The notes beneath the pieces are model-generated. The model was not told the DNA's origin. It saw only the letters and a program-made list of their open reading frames with translations, and ran no database searches. The position numbers were made by a program, and so were the translations under genes. Source: a virus (taxonomy: Duplodnaviria; Caudoviricetes). Taken from it: a DNA stretch of 64,000 nucleotides. Positions within the stretch are counted from its first letter, which is position 1. Every line of letters starts with the position of its first letter. Location: positions 53,959 through 117,958 of IMG/VR virus record IMGVR_UViG_2895847146_000001; one strand, written 5' to 3'. Shown here piece after piece: positions 55,089 to 63,169 of the stretch.

Positions 55089-55963
55089 GCGGTTTGGCGG
55101 TAAGAGGCGGCAATTTCGGCGGCCACCCGGTCGTCGTCGGTGTGGTTGATACTGAACACCTTGGCGTATTCAGGCTCGGGCCGGGAAATGCGCAGGTGGG
55201 TTTCGTTGAGCATGGGCGGGTGGGGTGCCCGCACGGCGTCGATGAAGTCCCGACGGACGGCGTAGTACTCGCGGCCCTCCAACGTTACCCGCAGTGGGTA
55301 GCCGTGGCGGCCGGTGATCGAGCGGCTGAATACTACGTGGTCGAAGGCTTTCACTTCGTCGGGCTGGCCCTTCAGCGGCTTGCCGGTGTAGCGCACCAGG
55401 CCCTCGCGCTTGATGGCCAGCACGCCGTTGCGGGTGGGCAGGTTCTCGCGGGTGGTGCTTTCGTCGCCTTCCTGCGGACCTTTGTTCACGCCCAGGGCGG
55501 GCAGGAACAAGCCGCTGGGCAGCAGCGTGCCCTCGGCGTGGGCCAGCTCGGGCGCTTTCTCTACTTCGGGGAAAATGGGCTCACAAAGCACATAGCCAGC
55601 GAAACCCAGGAAGCCACCGCAGCCGTCGGGCGTAGCCACCAACTGGGCCAGATCCACCAAATACAGGTTGGGGTGGTTGTCCGGGTCGGGCTGGTTGGCA
55701 TCTTCCAGGGCGCTCCACTTCACGTACACTGTATCGCCGGCTGACGGCAGATGGTCCTTCAGGGAGGAGTAGGTGTAGTTGCGGCCCGTGCCCTGAATGC
55801 GGTACGGAGACAAGCCCAGCGGGCCGCACATGACTTCAACGGCCGTGCAGGTGGCTACGTCGTCGTAGTCGGTAGACTTGTAGAGGGTCTGGCCGGCCAA
55901 CTGGAACGTGTCTTCATTGCGCTTGGGCGCAGAAACCAGCAGTTTATCGTACAGGGGTTGCAT
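55085..55963 (-). CDS. GroES-like (double) domain protein
   Basis: MQPLYDKLLV, GDTVYV, SGLFLP, EGLVRY and EGREYY motifs. Confidence 0.65.
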   Translation of the reverse strand: MQPLYDKLLVSAPKRNEDTFQLAGQTLYKSTDYDDVATCTAVEVMCGPLGLSPYRIQGTGRNYTYSSLKDHLPSAGDTVYVKWSALEDANQPDPDNHPNLYLVDLAQLVATPDGCGGFLGFAGYVLCEPIFPEVEKAPELAHAEGTLLPSGLFLPALGVNKGPQEGDESTTRENLPTRNGVLAIKREGLVRYTGKPLKGQPDEVKAFDHVVFSRSITGRHGYPLRVTLEGREYYAVRRDFIDAVRAPHPPMLNETHLRISRPEPEYAKVFSINHTDDDRVAAEIAASYRQTA

Positions 55964-56224
55964 TTAGTAGAAGAAATAGATCGTGTGCTCCAAGTACATA
56001 GCTTCCTTTTCGCCAACACCGCCAGCGGCAAGGCACATTACCAGCCACCTTACATCATCGTCATTGCGAGAGACGAGAATTGCGTTTGGCTCGATTTCAC
56101 CGTCACCGGCTACGGCTCGCAACTCTTGGGGTGCCTTATCGAACGGTACAACCACCCAGCCGAGCGAATCGGCCAGGTGGAAGATAGCGCCGAGGGTTAT
56201 TCCCTCTTTCAGCGAAAAGCTCAT
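55964..56224 (-). CDS. hypothetical protein
   Basis: Packed ORF. Confidence 0.55.
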   Translation of the reverse strand: MSFSLKEGITLGAIFHLADSLGWVVVPFDKAPQELRAVAGDGEIEPNAILVSRNDDDVRWLVMCLAAGGVGEKEAMYLEHTIYFFY

Positions 56225-56716
56225 TTACCGGCTGCGGGCGTTGTCCCGGGCAATTTCGTTCGGAGTGCGGGGCTCGTCCTGGCTCCGGGGGCGGGCTAAG
56301 GACACCAGTTCACCTCCTACATATTTTACTCTAGCTCGGCGGGAGTCGTTCATCGGCATGTCGTCCCCGAATGCGCCGGTATTCACCTTGCAGCCATACG
56401 GAACTTTGTGGTGCGGCTTGGGCCGGTTGGCAGGGTTGGCATAGTGCCGAGCGAAGCGATTCTGGTCGCGGTTGTTGGCTTTGCGCACCTCGTCGGCCAG
56501 CACCACGTCCTCGTGACGGTCTAGGTCGGCGGGAGAAAGGGTAATCAGGCCCAGGCTATACAGGCGCAGCAGCTGGCGGCTGGCCTTGCCCTCGCGGGCA
56601 GTGCGCACTACTACTGGCTCTTTTTTCACGGGCTCCGCTTGCGTGGGAACAGTAGTGGTGGCACCCAGGACGGCGGCGGCCAGGGCAGAAGCGGCGGATT
56701 TCACGTTTTTGAACAT
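56225..56716 (-). CDS. hypothetical basic protein
   Basis: Packed ORF. Confidence 0.6.
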   Translation of the reverse strand: MFKNVKSAASALAAAVLGATTTVPTQAEPVKKEPVVVRTAREGKASRQLLRLYSLGLITLSPADLDRHEDVVLADEVRKANNRDQNRFARHYANPANRPKPHHKVPYGCKVNTGAFGDDMPMNDSRRARVKYVGGELVSLARPRSQDEPRTPNEIARDNARSR

Positions 56717-56747
56717 ACTGCAGGGGTTGTTGGAGGTTGGAAATGGG

Positions 56748-56996
56748 TTAGAGAATGATCCAGCCGCGCGTCGTGCGAATACGCCGGTTTTGTTTGTGGT
56801 ATTGGGGGCCGTAGCCGCGCAGGAAATCTGGTTGGCCGGTCAGGTCGCGCTGATGCTTGGGCGCTGCAGGTAGACGCAGTTCGTAGCCGACAAGGCCCAG
56901 CACGCGGCAGGAGCGCCAGTCGGTGCGGAAGCGGGCCGAGCTGAACCCGAGGAACATTGGCAGCGTCAGGGCTGCAAAAAGACAGAGGAGCAGCAT
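56748..56996 (-). CDS. small membrane-anchored protein
   Basis: ATG at 56996; hydrophobic N-terminus. Confidence 0.5.
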   Translation of the reverse strand: MLLLCLFAALTLPMFLGFSSARFRTDWRSCRVLGLVGYELRLPAAPKHQRDLTGQPDFLRGYGPQYHKQNRRIRTTRGWIIL

Positions 56997-56997
56997 C

Positions 56998-57555
56998 TTA
57001 GGGGAGCTTGATAAGGCGGCGGGTGGCGGTGCCGGGGGCCACGGCAACGGAATTGGCGGTATTGGCGGCACCCTGGGCGGCGAAGTAGCGGGCCAGCGGG
57101 TCGTTGGCGTACTGCGTTTCGTTCACGTAGGCGGCGCGGCGCGGGGCCATGTAGGCTTCCACGGCTTCGGGGGCGAAAGCCAACTGCCCGGGGTTTTTCT
57201 CCGCCGCTGCCAGCAGGCGCCCACGGCCGGCATCAAACTCTGCCTGGGCGTGCTCAACGGGCGTCATGGTGCGGTTCAGGCCCATTGCGCGGCCGTAGGC
57301 TTCGGCCCGCTTCACTCCTTCCGGCGTGCGCATGCCGGCCAGCAGTTGCCCATAGGTCAGGGTTTTGCCCGGGTTCAGTGGGTCGGCAATGTCCCGAATA
57401 GCCTCCCGGTAGAGTTCCTGCATGCCGCGCTGGTCGTGGCCGACCTCTTCCAGGAACTGCTGGGTGACGTTGCCGGCCTTGCCGCGCGTCTGGGTGGCGT
57501 TGGAGTAGGTGCCTACCGGTACGGAGCGGCGGTTATTCTTCGAGTCTTTCGGCAT
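56998..57555 (-). CDS. hypothetical protein
   Basis: ATG at 57555; coding-like composition. Confidence 0.65.
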   Translation of the reverse strand: MPKDSKNNRRSVPVGTYSNATQTRGKAGNVTQQFLEEVGHDQRGMQELYREAIRDIADPLNPGKTLTYGQLLAGMRTPEGVKRAEAYGRAMGLNRTMTPVEHAQAEFDAGRGRLLAAAEKNPGQLAFAPEAVEAYMAPRRAAYVNETQYANDPLARYFAAQGAANTANSVAVAPGTATRRLIKLP

Positions 57556-57739
57556 AGCGCAGATGATAGATGAGTACCCAGAAACAATCAGCCAGCAGCA
57601 GCAGAACGCCAAACCCCATTTGCCATACTGCATACACGACTGGATTAGTAGGTGCAGGCAGCAGCCAAGGATACGCGGTCAGCAGCAACAGCACGCTGAG
57701 AAAGGCACCGCCAAAACAAATGAGTATTCCTTTGGTCAT
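57533..57739 (-). CDS. small two-TM protein
   Basis: First ORF after the operator-bearing promoter. Confidence 0.6.
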   Translation of the reverse strand: MTKGILICFGGAFLSVLLLLTAYPWLLPAPTNPVVYAVWQMGFGVLLLLADCFWVLIYHLRYAERLEE

Positions 57740-57761
57740 GTAGCGTGGCTGAGGTTGGGAC

Positions 57762-57828
57762 GAAAGATACGAATTCTGTCTTGATTTACGATATAGAAAA
57801 ACAAATTTTGTCTCGATTTTCAAGATAA
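57762..57828 (-). promoter_or_regulatory. promoter (TATCTTTC) with paired operators
   Basis: CTGTCTTG-ATTTA-CGATATAG at 57776; TTGTCTCG-ATTTT-CAAGATAA at 57808. Confidence 0.7.
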
Positions 57829-57923
57829 AGAAAGAAGCACCTCCGGCTCAGCCAGGGGTGCTTCTACAAAAGGGCGGAGCCTTTTAAAATATATTTGTTT
57901 TTTAATGTTCCAACTGGCAAAAG

Positions 57924-58035
57924 TTACCGATACCGCAAGTTTTCCAGAGTTTCGGTAAGTTTTCAGGGAGTTTCGGTAATTCTTGCACCGAGTTTCGGTA
58001 AGATTTGCCCGGGCAAAAGTTGAGGTTTCGGTAAG
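57924..58035. repeat. iteron-like repeats
   Basis: GAGTTTCGGTAAG-type units at 57947, 57968, 57990 and 58023; inverted partial copy at 57924; AT-rich tract alongside. Confidence 0.8.
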
Positions 58036-58202
58036 ATTTGGCCAGCTGCTACAGGATGCTCAAGACTAGAAGGACGATGCAGCCGCCCAGGGCAATCTTC
58101 AGGGTGGCGTTTTCTTCCGGGCGCTGCGAAATAAAGACCAATACGCCGGTAAAGCCAATGATTACCAGGAATTTGACGAGTACGGTGATGATTTCGAGCA
58201 TA

Positions 58203-58880
58203 TCAGGAAGGGGTGTTGAGGCGGTCATGGGTGCCGAAGGGGCGGAAGTCTCGGCGCGGGGGCGTCGCCGGTGGCTCCTGCTGAGCCGGTTCTGCGGCGG
58301 GTGGCGGCGCCGGTACTGCTTTAGGCTTGTTCTTCGAGCCGGGTTGCCGGCCGCGCCGTCGGACAGGTGCGGGTTCCGGAGCAAATATGGGCGTCCAGGA
58401 TATGCTCACGGCAGCGGGCGCTGCGTCTTCGGCTGGCAGCTCAGCAGGTTCCTCACCAGCTACTTCACCAGTTGCCTTTTCGCGCATCCGGTCCAGGCGG
58501 GCCTTGATTTCCTCGCGCTTGTGCTCGTCTGGCTCCAGCAGAAACTCCTTTTCCAATTCGACCACGCGCCGGGCGTAGGCACCCGCCTTCACGCGGACCT
58601 GCGGCAACTCGGGCTCGGCTAGTGTCGGCTCAGGCGCTGGCAGGTGGGCTTGGGCCAGCAAGGTAACCTGGGCAAGGGCCTGGCGGTCTTTCTTGTGCGG
58701 GCCGCGTAGCTTTTTTGGGCTATCAGCTGGCTTGGCCAGCCGACGGCCGCGCCGGGAGCAGGCCGCAATAGCGAGGTGGCCGATAGCCTCGGCAATTTCA
58801 GGGAAGCCGTTGGCGGCCAGGATGGCGGCGAACTTGGGGGCGCCGTCGATGGCATCGAGCAGGGCTTGGGTGGTGCGCAT
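58203..58880 (-). CDS. Pro/Ala-rich protein with AT-hook-like motif
   Basis: RRRGRQPGSKNKPK. Confidence 0.6.
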   Translation of the reverse strand: MRTTQALLDAIDGAPKFAAILAANGFPEIAEAIGHLAIAACSRRGRRLAKPADSPKKLRGPHKKDRQALAQVTLLAQAHLPAPEPTLAEPELPQVRVKAGAYARRVVELEKEFLLEPDEHKREEIKARLDRMREKATGEVAGEEPAELPAEDAAPAAVSISWTPIFAPEPAPVRRRGRQPGSKNKPKAVPAPPPAAEPAQQEPPATPPRRDFRPFGTHDRLNTPS

Positions 58881-58884
58881 GGTG

Positions 58885-59244
58885 TTATTGAGGGCTGAGA
58901 ATTTCGAGTTCGTTGGCTGAAAAGTATTCTTCCAACTCCAATACACGGTATACTTTCTTGCCGTAGGCTAGGTGGGCCTCCTCAACGGTAACGAGGCACC
59001 CAACAAACTTTTTCTTCCAGGATTGCCGGTTTTCAGGCAATTCACCCTCTGAGTACAAGTGGTTCATGCCGGTTTGGTTGAACGAGTCCACAGAACGGAT
59101 GATGGCTCGCAGCTGCGGGCAGTGGCGGTGCTCGGCAGCTGAATAATGGGTACCAGTCTGCAGGCCAACGTAGTGGCCCTCAGTTGACCAGAGGCACTTT
59201 TCATTGAGAAAAGCAGGGCCTTTTATTACATGCAGGATTTCCAT
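58885..59244 (-). CDS. hypothetical protein
   Basis: Packed ORF. Confidence 0.6.
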   Translation of the reverse strand: MEILHVIKGPAFLNEKCLWSTEGHYVGLQTGTHYSAAEHRHCPQLRAIIRSVDSFNQTGMNHLYSEGELPENRQSWKKKFVGCLVTVEEAHLAYGKKVYRVLELEEYFSANELEILSPQ

Positions 59245-59246
59245 CG

Positions 59247-59654
59247 CTACTTATCGGTTGGAATGCAGCACCCAGGGCAGGACGGGTTGCCCGAAGCATT
59301 CCGGCAGCCCTCGGTGCAGTTGGTGGCACGTTGCAGACGGTCAATTTCAGCGGCAATCAGGGCGCCAGCTACAATTAGTTTTTCCAGGGGCGACTTGCGC
59401 TCAATCTTGCGGAAGAAAACCAAGCCGAATTCGGTTTGCCACGGCCACATTTTCACTTCCTCAGTTTGGCCAGCAACACAGATGTTTGCCATATCGCCAC
59501 TAGCATACAGGGACAAGGCGGTTGCAGCTGCCTGCATTAGCTCGCCGCGCCCATAATCATCATCGTGGGCCACGTCCCAGCCGTGCTTGTGAATCTGCTC
59601 CTGGCGCTCAGCGGCTATCAGCTCGGCGCCGGTCAATGCGGTGTTGTCTTTCAT
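59247..59654 (-). CDS. conserved phage protein
   Basis: IAAERQEQ..HGW...HDD...WPW...AGALIAAEIDRL family motif. Confidence 0.75.
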   Translation of the reverse strand: MKDNTALTGAELIAAERQEQIHKHGWDVAHDDDYGRGELMQAAATALSLYASGDMANICVAGQTEEVKMWPWQTEFGLVFFRKIERKSPLEKLIVAGALIAAEIDRLQRATNCTEGCRNASGNPSCPGCCIPTDK

Positions 59655-59683
59655 GGTCTTGGGTCTACTGTAAAGGAGAAAAA

Positions 59684-60436
59684 CTAGGCAGCGAAAAGAG
59701 TTGGTGTAGCGGCTATGGCTTGCAAGCGAGTAAGGGCGGCGGTGTAATACTCGAGGTGTAGCTCACAACCTATAAAGCGCCGCCCTTCAACCAAGCAAGC
59801 GTGGCCGGTACTACCACTTCCGGCGAAGCAATCGAGTACTGTATCCCCTTCGTTGGTGTAAGTTGACACCAACCAGCGCAGTAGGTCGACGGGCTTCTCG
59901 GTTGGGTGGGCGCAGTTCACCGTGGGCACACTGGCAAAGTCCAGAACGGTGGTCGGGTGCCGTTCTCCGGTGTCGTTGTATTCGCCGCCTCGGTGTTGCT
60001 GGTAATGTTGTGCTACATCCGGCTTGCGCTTCACGCGGCCAACATTGCGGCTTGTCTGCTGTTTTTGAGCGTTGTAAGTGGCGGCCTTGATGTTTGGGGC
60101 GAACACGATCAGATCTTCATGGCCAGCGAGCGGGCGCCAAGCAGCATCCAAGAAACGAGAGGCCCTGCTTTTAGCCCACACCATTCGATACCGGTACCAC
60201 TCCCGATTGCTTTGAATCAGATCCAGGGTGAATAGGTCAGCAGCGAACAACACTACTACTCCGTTATCCTTCAACACGCGTCGAGCCTGTACCCACCATG
60301 CCGACCAGTTAAAAGCGCCCTGGTCAAAATGCAGATTGGTTGTCAAGTACGGCGGGTCGGCTATAATAGCATCTACTGAGCCATCCGGTAGCGAGGCCAT
60401 TACCTGCAGGCAATCTTGGTGGTGTAAAGCGTACAT
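59684..60436 (-). CDS. N4-C/N6-A DNA methyltransferase (beta class)
   Basis: DPPY, HPTEKP and VLDCFAGSGST motifs. Confidence 0.92.
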   Translation of the reverse strand: MYALHHQDCLQVMASLPDGSVDAIIADPPYLTTNLHFDQGAFNWSAWWVQARRVLKDNGVVVLFAADLFTLDLIQSNREWYRYRMVWAKSRASRFLDAAWRPLAGHEDLIVFAPNIKAATYNAQKQQTSRNVGRVKRKPDVAQHYQQHRGGEYNDTGERHPTTVLDFASVPTVNCAHPTEKPVDLLRWLVSTYTNEGDTVLDCFAGSGSTGHACLVEGRRFIGCELHLEYYTAALTRLQAIAATPTLFAA

Positions 60437-60441
60437 AACTG

Positions 60442-60717
60442 CTAGTTGGTAAAGATTTCGCCACGGAAGTACACCCCAAAGGCATCCTCGCGCACGAAGT
60501 CGAACTGGACCACCTGGGGCCAGGCAGGAATGCGCACTAGGATATCCTGGCCGCGCTCGAAGACGTGGCCGGCCGCGCGAAACTCGTCTACTTTCTCCTG
60601 CAGGGCCATGATGAATTCCACGGCCAGTTTCCCGAGCACGCGCTGGAGACAGTTTTCGCCCGAGCTGGGCGTGTAATTGACGGCGTAAGCGAATTTTTGG
60701 GTTGTTGGCGTGTTCAT
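60442..60717 (-). CDS. hypothetical protein
   Basis: Packed ORF. Confidence 0.55.
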   Translation of the reverse strand: MNTPTTQKFAYAVNYTPSSGENCLQRVLGKLAVEFIMALQEKVDEFRAAGHVFERGQDILVRIPAWPQVVQFDFVREDAFGVYFRGEIFTN

Positions 60718-60724
60718 TTCCGCG

Positions 60725-61039
60725 TTATTTTTGGTAGGTGTAGGCTTTTGCAATTCGCTCCATAAATTCTCTCCCGTCCATTTTTGCCCATTTTCGGCCC
60801 TTAATCCGGTACTTGTACTGGTTGCCGGCCGGTTTCAGGGAAAGGTACACGTCGGGCTTGCCGAGCTTGAGGATGATAACCACATTTTCCGTCGGGGCCT
60901 CTTTGTAGCAGACCTTGGCCTTGTTCAACTCCTGGACTACTCGAAAAGCACGCCAGTCAGCTGCATTCACCCTGGCTGCTTGTGAGGACTCCCTGGTGCA
61001 GTCGCAGAAGTCCTTATGGCAATTCGTGCAGTCGCTCAT
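60725..61039 (-). CDS. hypothetical protein with N-terminal Cys cluster
   Basis: MSDCTNCHKDFCDC. Confidence 0.6.
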   Translation of the reverse strand: MSDCTNCHKDFCDCTRESSQAARVNAADWRAFRVVQELNKAKVCYKEAPTENVVIILKLGKPDVYLSLKPAGNQYKYRIKGRKWAKMDGREFMERIAKAYTYQK

Positions 61040-61325
61040 AGTGGCTCAGACTTGCGGATGGAAGATTCAGGATGAGCAGGGGTAACCACGTAAAGGCTGT
61101 GAACTGGCGTTAACAGTCCTTATGTGGTTACCCAATACCTGCGTCTGGTGAGTTCGAGGAAGTGGCGGGGCTGCCAGTCGCTGAAAGTGGGCAAAGAGCG
61201 GGCTGGCATTTAAAACCGAGAGTGGAAGGTGTGACCCAACTTGCTCGTTAATGCACCGTCGGAGCCGGCACAACAGTTCTTTCAGGGGAACAGGCAAAGA
61301 CCCAAGCGTATCGGCCGGGAAAAAC

Positions 61326-61367
61326 AAAAAGCCCCGACACAGGACCGGATTCCTGGCGGGGCTTTTT
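61326..61367 (-). terminator. leader terminator with large loop
   Basis: AAAAAGCCCCG-CCAGGAATCCGGTCCTGTGT-CGGGGCTTTTT. Confidence 0.65.
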
Positions 61368-61438
61368 CAGCTTTGTGTGACGTGGAACGTCAGAGGCTGT
61401 TAAGGTCGTCTGTCAGTGGATTCCGGCCGCTGATGTTT

Positions 61439-61505
61439 CAAAGGTAAGAATCCTATCTTGAAAGTCAAGACAGAAACGAAAATTATTTCTCGAAATTCGA
61501 GACAG
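61439..61505 (-). promoter_or_regulatory. promoter (TACCTTTG) with paired operators
   Basis: CTATCTTG-AAAGT-CAAGACAG at 61453; ATTTCTCG-AAATT-CGAGACAG at 61485. Confidence 0.72.
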
Positions 61506-61962
61506 AATTCCGGTACCCGCTGGATTCAGTCACCAGCTCCTTGCGGCCGGCTGCCTTGCCCCGCCACCCATACTCCGCCACCAGCACGTAGCGGCCGGTG
61601 CTGGCCCTGGTCAACAGCCCCGCCTTCACCAACTCAGCTAAGGCACGCTGCACGCTCTTGCCCGAGCACTTAAGCAGCTGGCACAGTTCCTCCCGCTCCC
61701 GGGCCCCAAACAGCAGGTAGCCCTTCCCGTTCTGGGCATTCACCAGACACCACATATACAGCTGCGGCGCCACGCCGGCCAGGGCCACCACCAGCAGCAT
61801 GCCCGCCCGGTAGAGAAACCCGAAATCATCCTTGCTCTTGGATTGTACTTTTACGGTACTCGTGGTCGAGCCCAGCAGCTCGCCGGACTCCGCATTTACG
61901 TACACGGTCTCCTTCTTATGGATCTGGCGGAGCCCGCCTTTCAACTGTGGTTTTTCGTCCAT
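61483..61962 (-). CDS. RepL-like winged-HTH replication/maintenance protein
   Basis: YVNAESGEL N-motif, HTH SGKSVQRALAELVKAGLL, GRYVL..YGWRG. Confidence 0.7.
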   Translation of the reverse strand: MDEKPQLKGGLRQIHKKETVYVNAESGELLGSTTSTVKVQSKSKDDFGFLYRAGMLLVVALAGVAPQLYMWCLVNAQNGKGYLLFGAREREELCQLLKCSGKSVQRALAELVKAGLLTRASTGRYVLVAEYGWRGKAAGRKELVTESSGYRNSVSNFEK

Positions 61963-61992
61963 CTTTTCTTCTGCTGGTTTTTCATTCCCAAA

Positions 61993-62031
61993 TGTCCCTC
62001 CCGTGGACAGCTACTGTCCCTCCCGTGGACA
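61993..62031. repeat. two 17-bp direct repeats (TGTCC-N7-GGACA)
   Basis: TGTCCCTCCCGTGGACA at 61993 and 62015. Confidence 0.85.
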
Positions 62032-62427
62032 AACACGCTTTCTAACGTATTGACACACAAAGATATCACGAGACCTTCTTATTCATTCTATATGTACCCA
62101 CCCAAGGTAGTACAACGCTGATAGATAAGGAGTTGCAGAAAAGCCTGTAAAACCCACCACCCATCTTGCTTTTCGAGACAGAACCGCCTACATTTATCCC
62201 GAAACCCCAGATAGAACCTCCGCTGAGCACGCATGAGCAAGCTGCAGTGAGGCGTCTAGCGCAGGATTGGCCACCCCCTCGAACCGCAACCAAAACCGCA
62301 TTCCGTAGACCGGGTACCCCCTTTTCGACACCCCACCCCCTCCCAAATGCACCTCGATAAGGCCGGATAGGGCCACAGCCCCCACCAGTACATAACCCAA
62401 ATCCGCCACTTAACTTACCTTAATTAT

Positions 62428-62455
62428 AAGTCATATAAATAACATTATGTCAAGT
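62428..62455 (+). other. dif-like XerC/XerD recombination site
   Basis: AAGTCATATAA-ATAACA-TTATGTCAAGT; 11-6-11 layout; right arm 9/11 to TTATGTTAAAT. Confidence 0.65.
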
Positions 62456-62635
62456 AGACTTTTTGACAGTCAATTACTTACGTGTTATTACCTCATTCCT
62501 TGCTTGAACCTTAGACCTCCTCACCAATGCCTGATACATCCTATTTCACGTCGAGCCCACAGGTATAGGACGACGAGCCACCCGAACTGAACCAATAAAA
62601 GCATCACATCTTCCTCCTAATCTCTCCTCTTACCC

Positions 62636-62992
62636 ATGCCAACAGAACAACCCGCCAACGTCCAAGCCTTGTTAGTAGCTGCTGTCTGTGATTTGGCCGA
62701 GGTCCAGACCGCCGAACGACTCGGCATTAGCGCCGCTGCCTTGCGTCTGTTGACCAGGTATTTTATCCTTGCCAAGGCCGGCGGACTGGTACGCAACAGC
62801 ACCATCGAAAAGGCCGGATTAACGGCCCAGGCAGCCACCAGTAGAGGCACGAGCGAACTACTAGACAAGCAGTTACTGCGCCGGCCCCACGGCCTACGGG
62901 GAGCGTTAGAGCTGACCGACGAAGGACGCAAAGCAATGCGTTCCTACTACGAGCAGATCCGGCGAATAAGCAACCGATTGACCACGATTTGA
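62636..62992 (+). CDS. winged-HTH (MarR-like) regulator
   Basis: TSRGTSELLDKQLLRR...LELTDEGRK. Confidence 0.6.
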   Translation: MPTEQPANVQALLVAAVCDLAEVQTAERLGISAAALRLLTRYFILAKAGGLVRNSTIEKAGLTAQAATSRGTSELLDKQLLRRPHGLRGALELTDEGRKAMRSYYEQIRRISNRLTTI

Positions 62993-63169
62993 GCGTATTT
63001 CCATTTTGTATTTATTGAAGAATATTCACCTCTACGCAACCTTTTTACATGAATGTTTAGTGATAGTATTGCGTTACGTGAAACTTTGCGTATACTTGTA
63101 TCATCAGAACGGCAGTAAGCCACCTACCCCCTACCCTATCAGCCGCCCAGCGTCACGGGCACCAACACC

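Noticed and set aside
57924-58040. CRISPR mini-array
   Set aside because: Repeats are about 13 bp with 8-20 bp gaps, too short, and no cas genes are present.
61080-61133. Integron attC site
   Set aside because: Ends do not fit RYYYAAC/GTTRRRY, it is a single copy, and no integrase is present.
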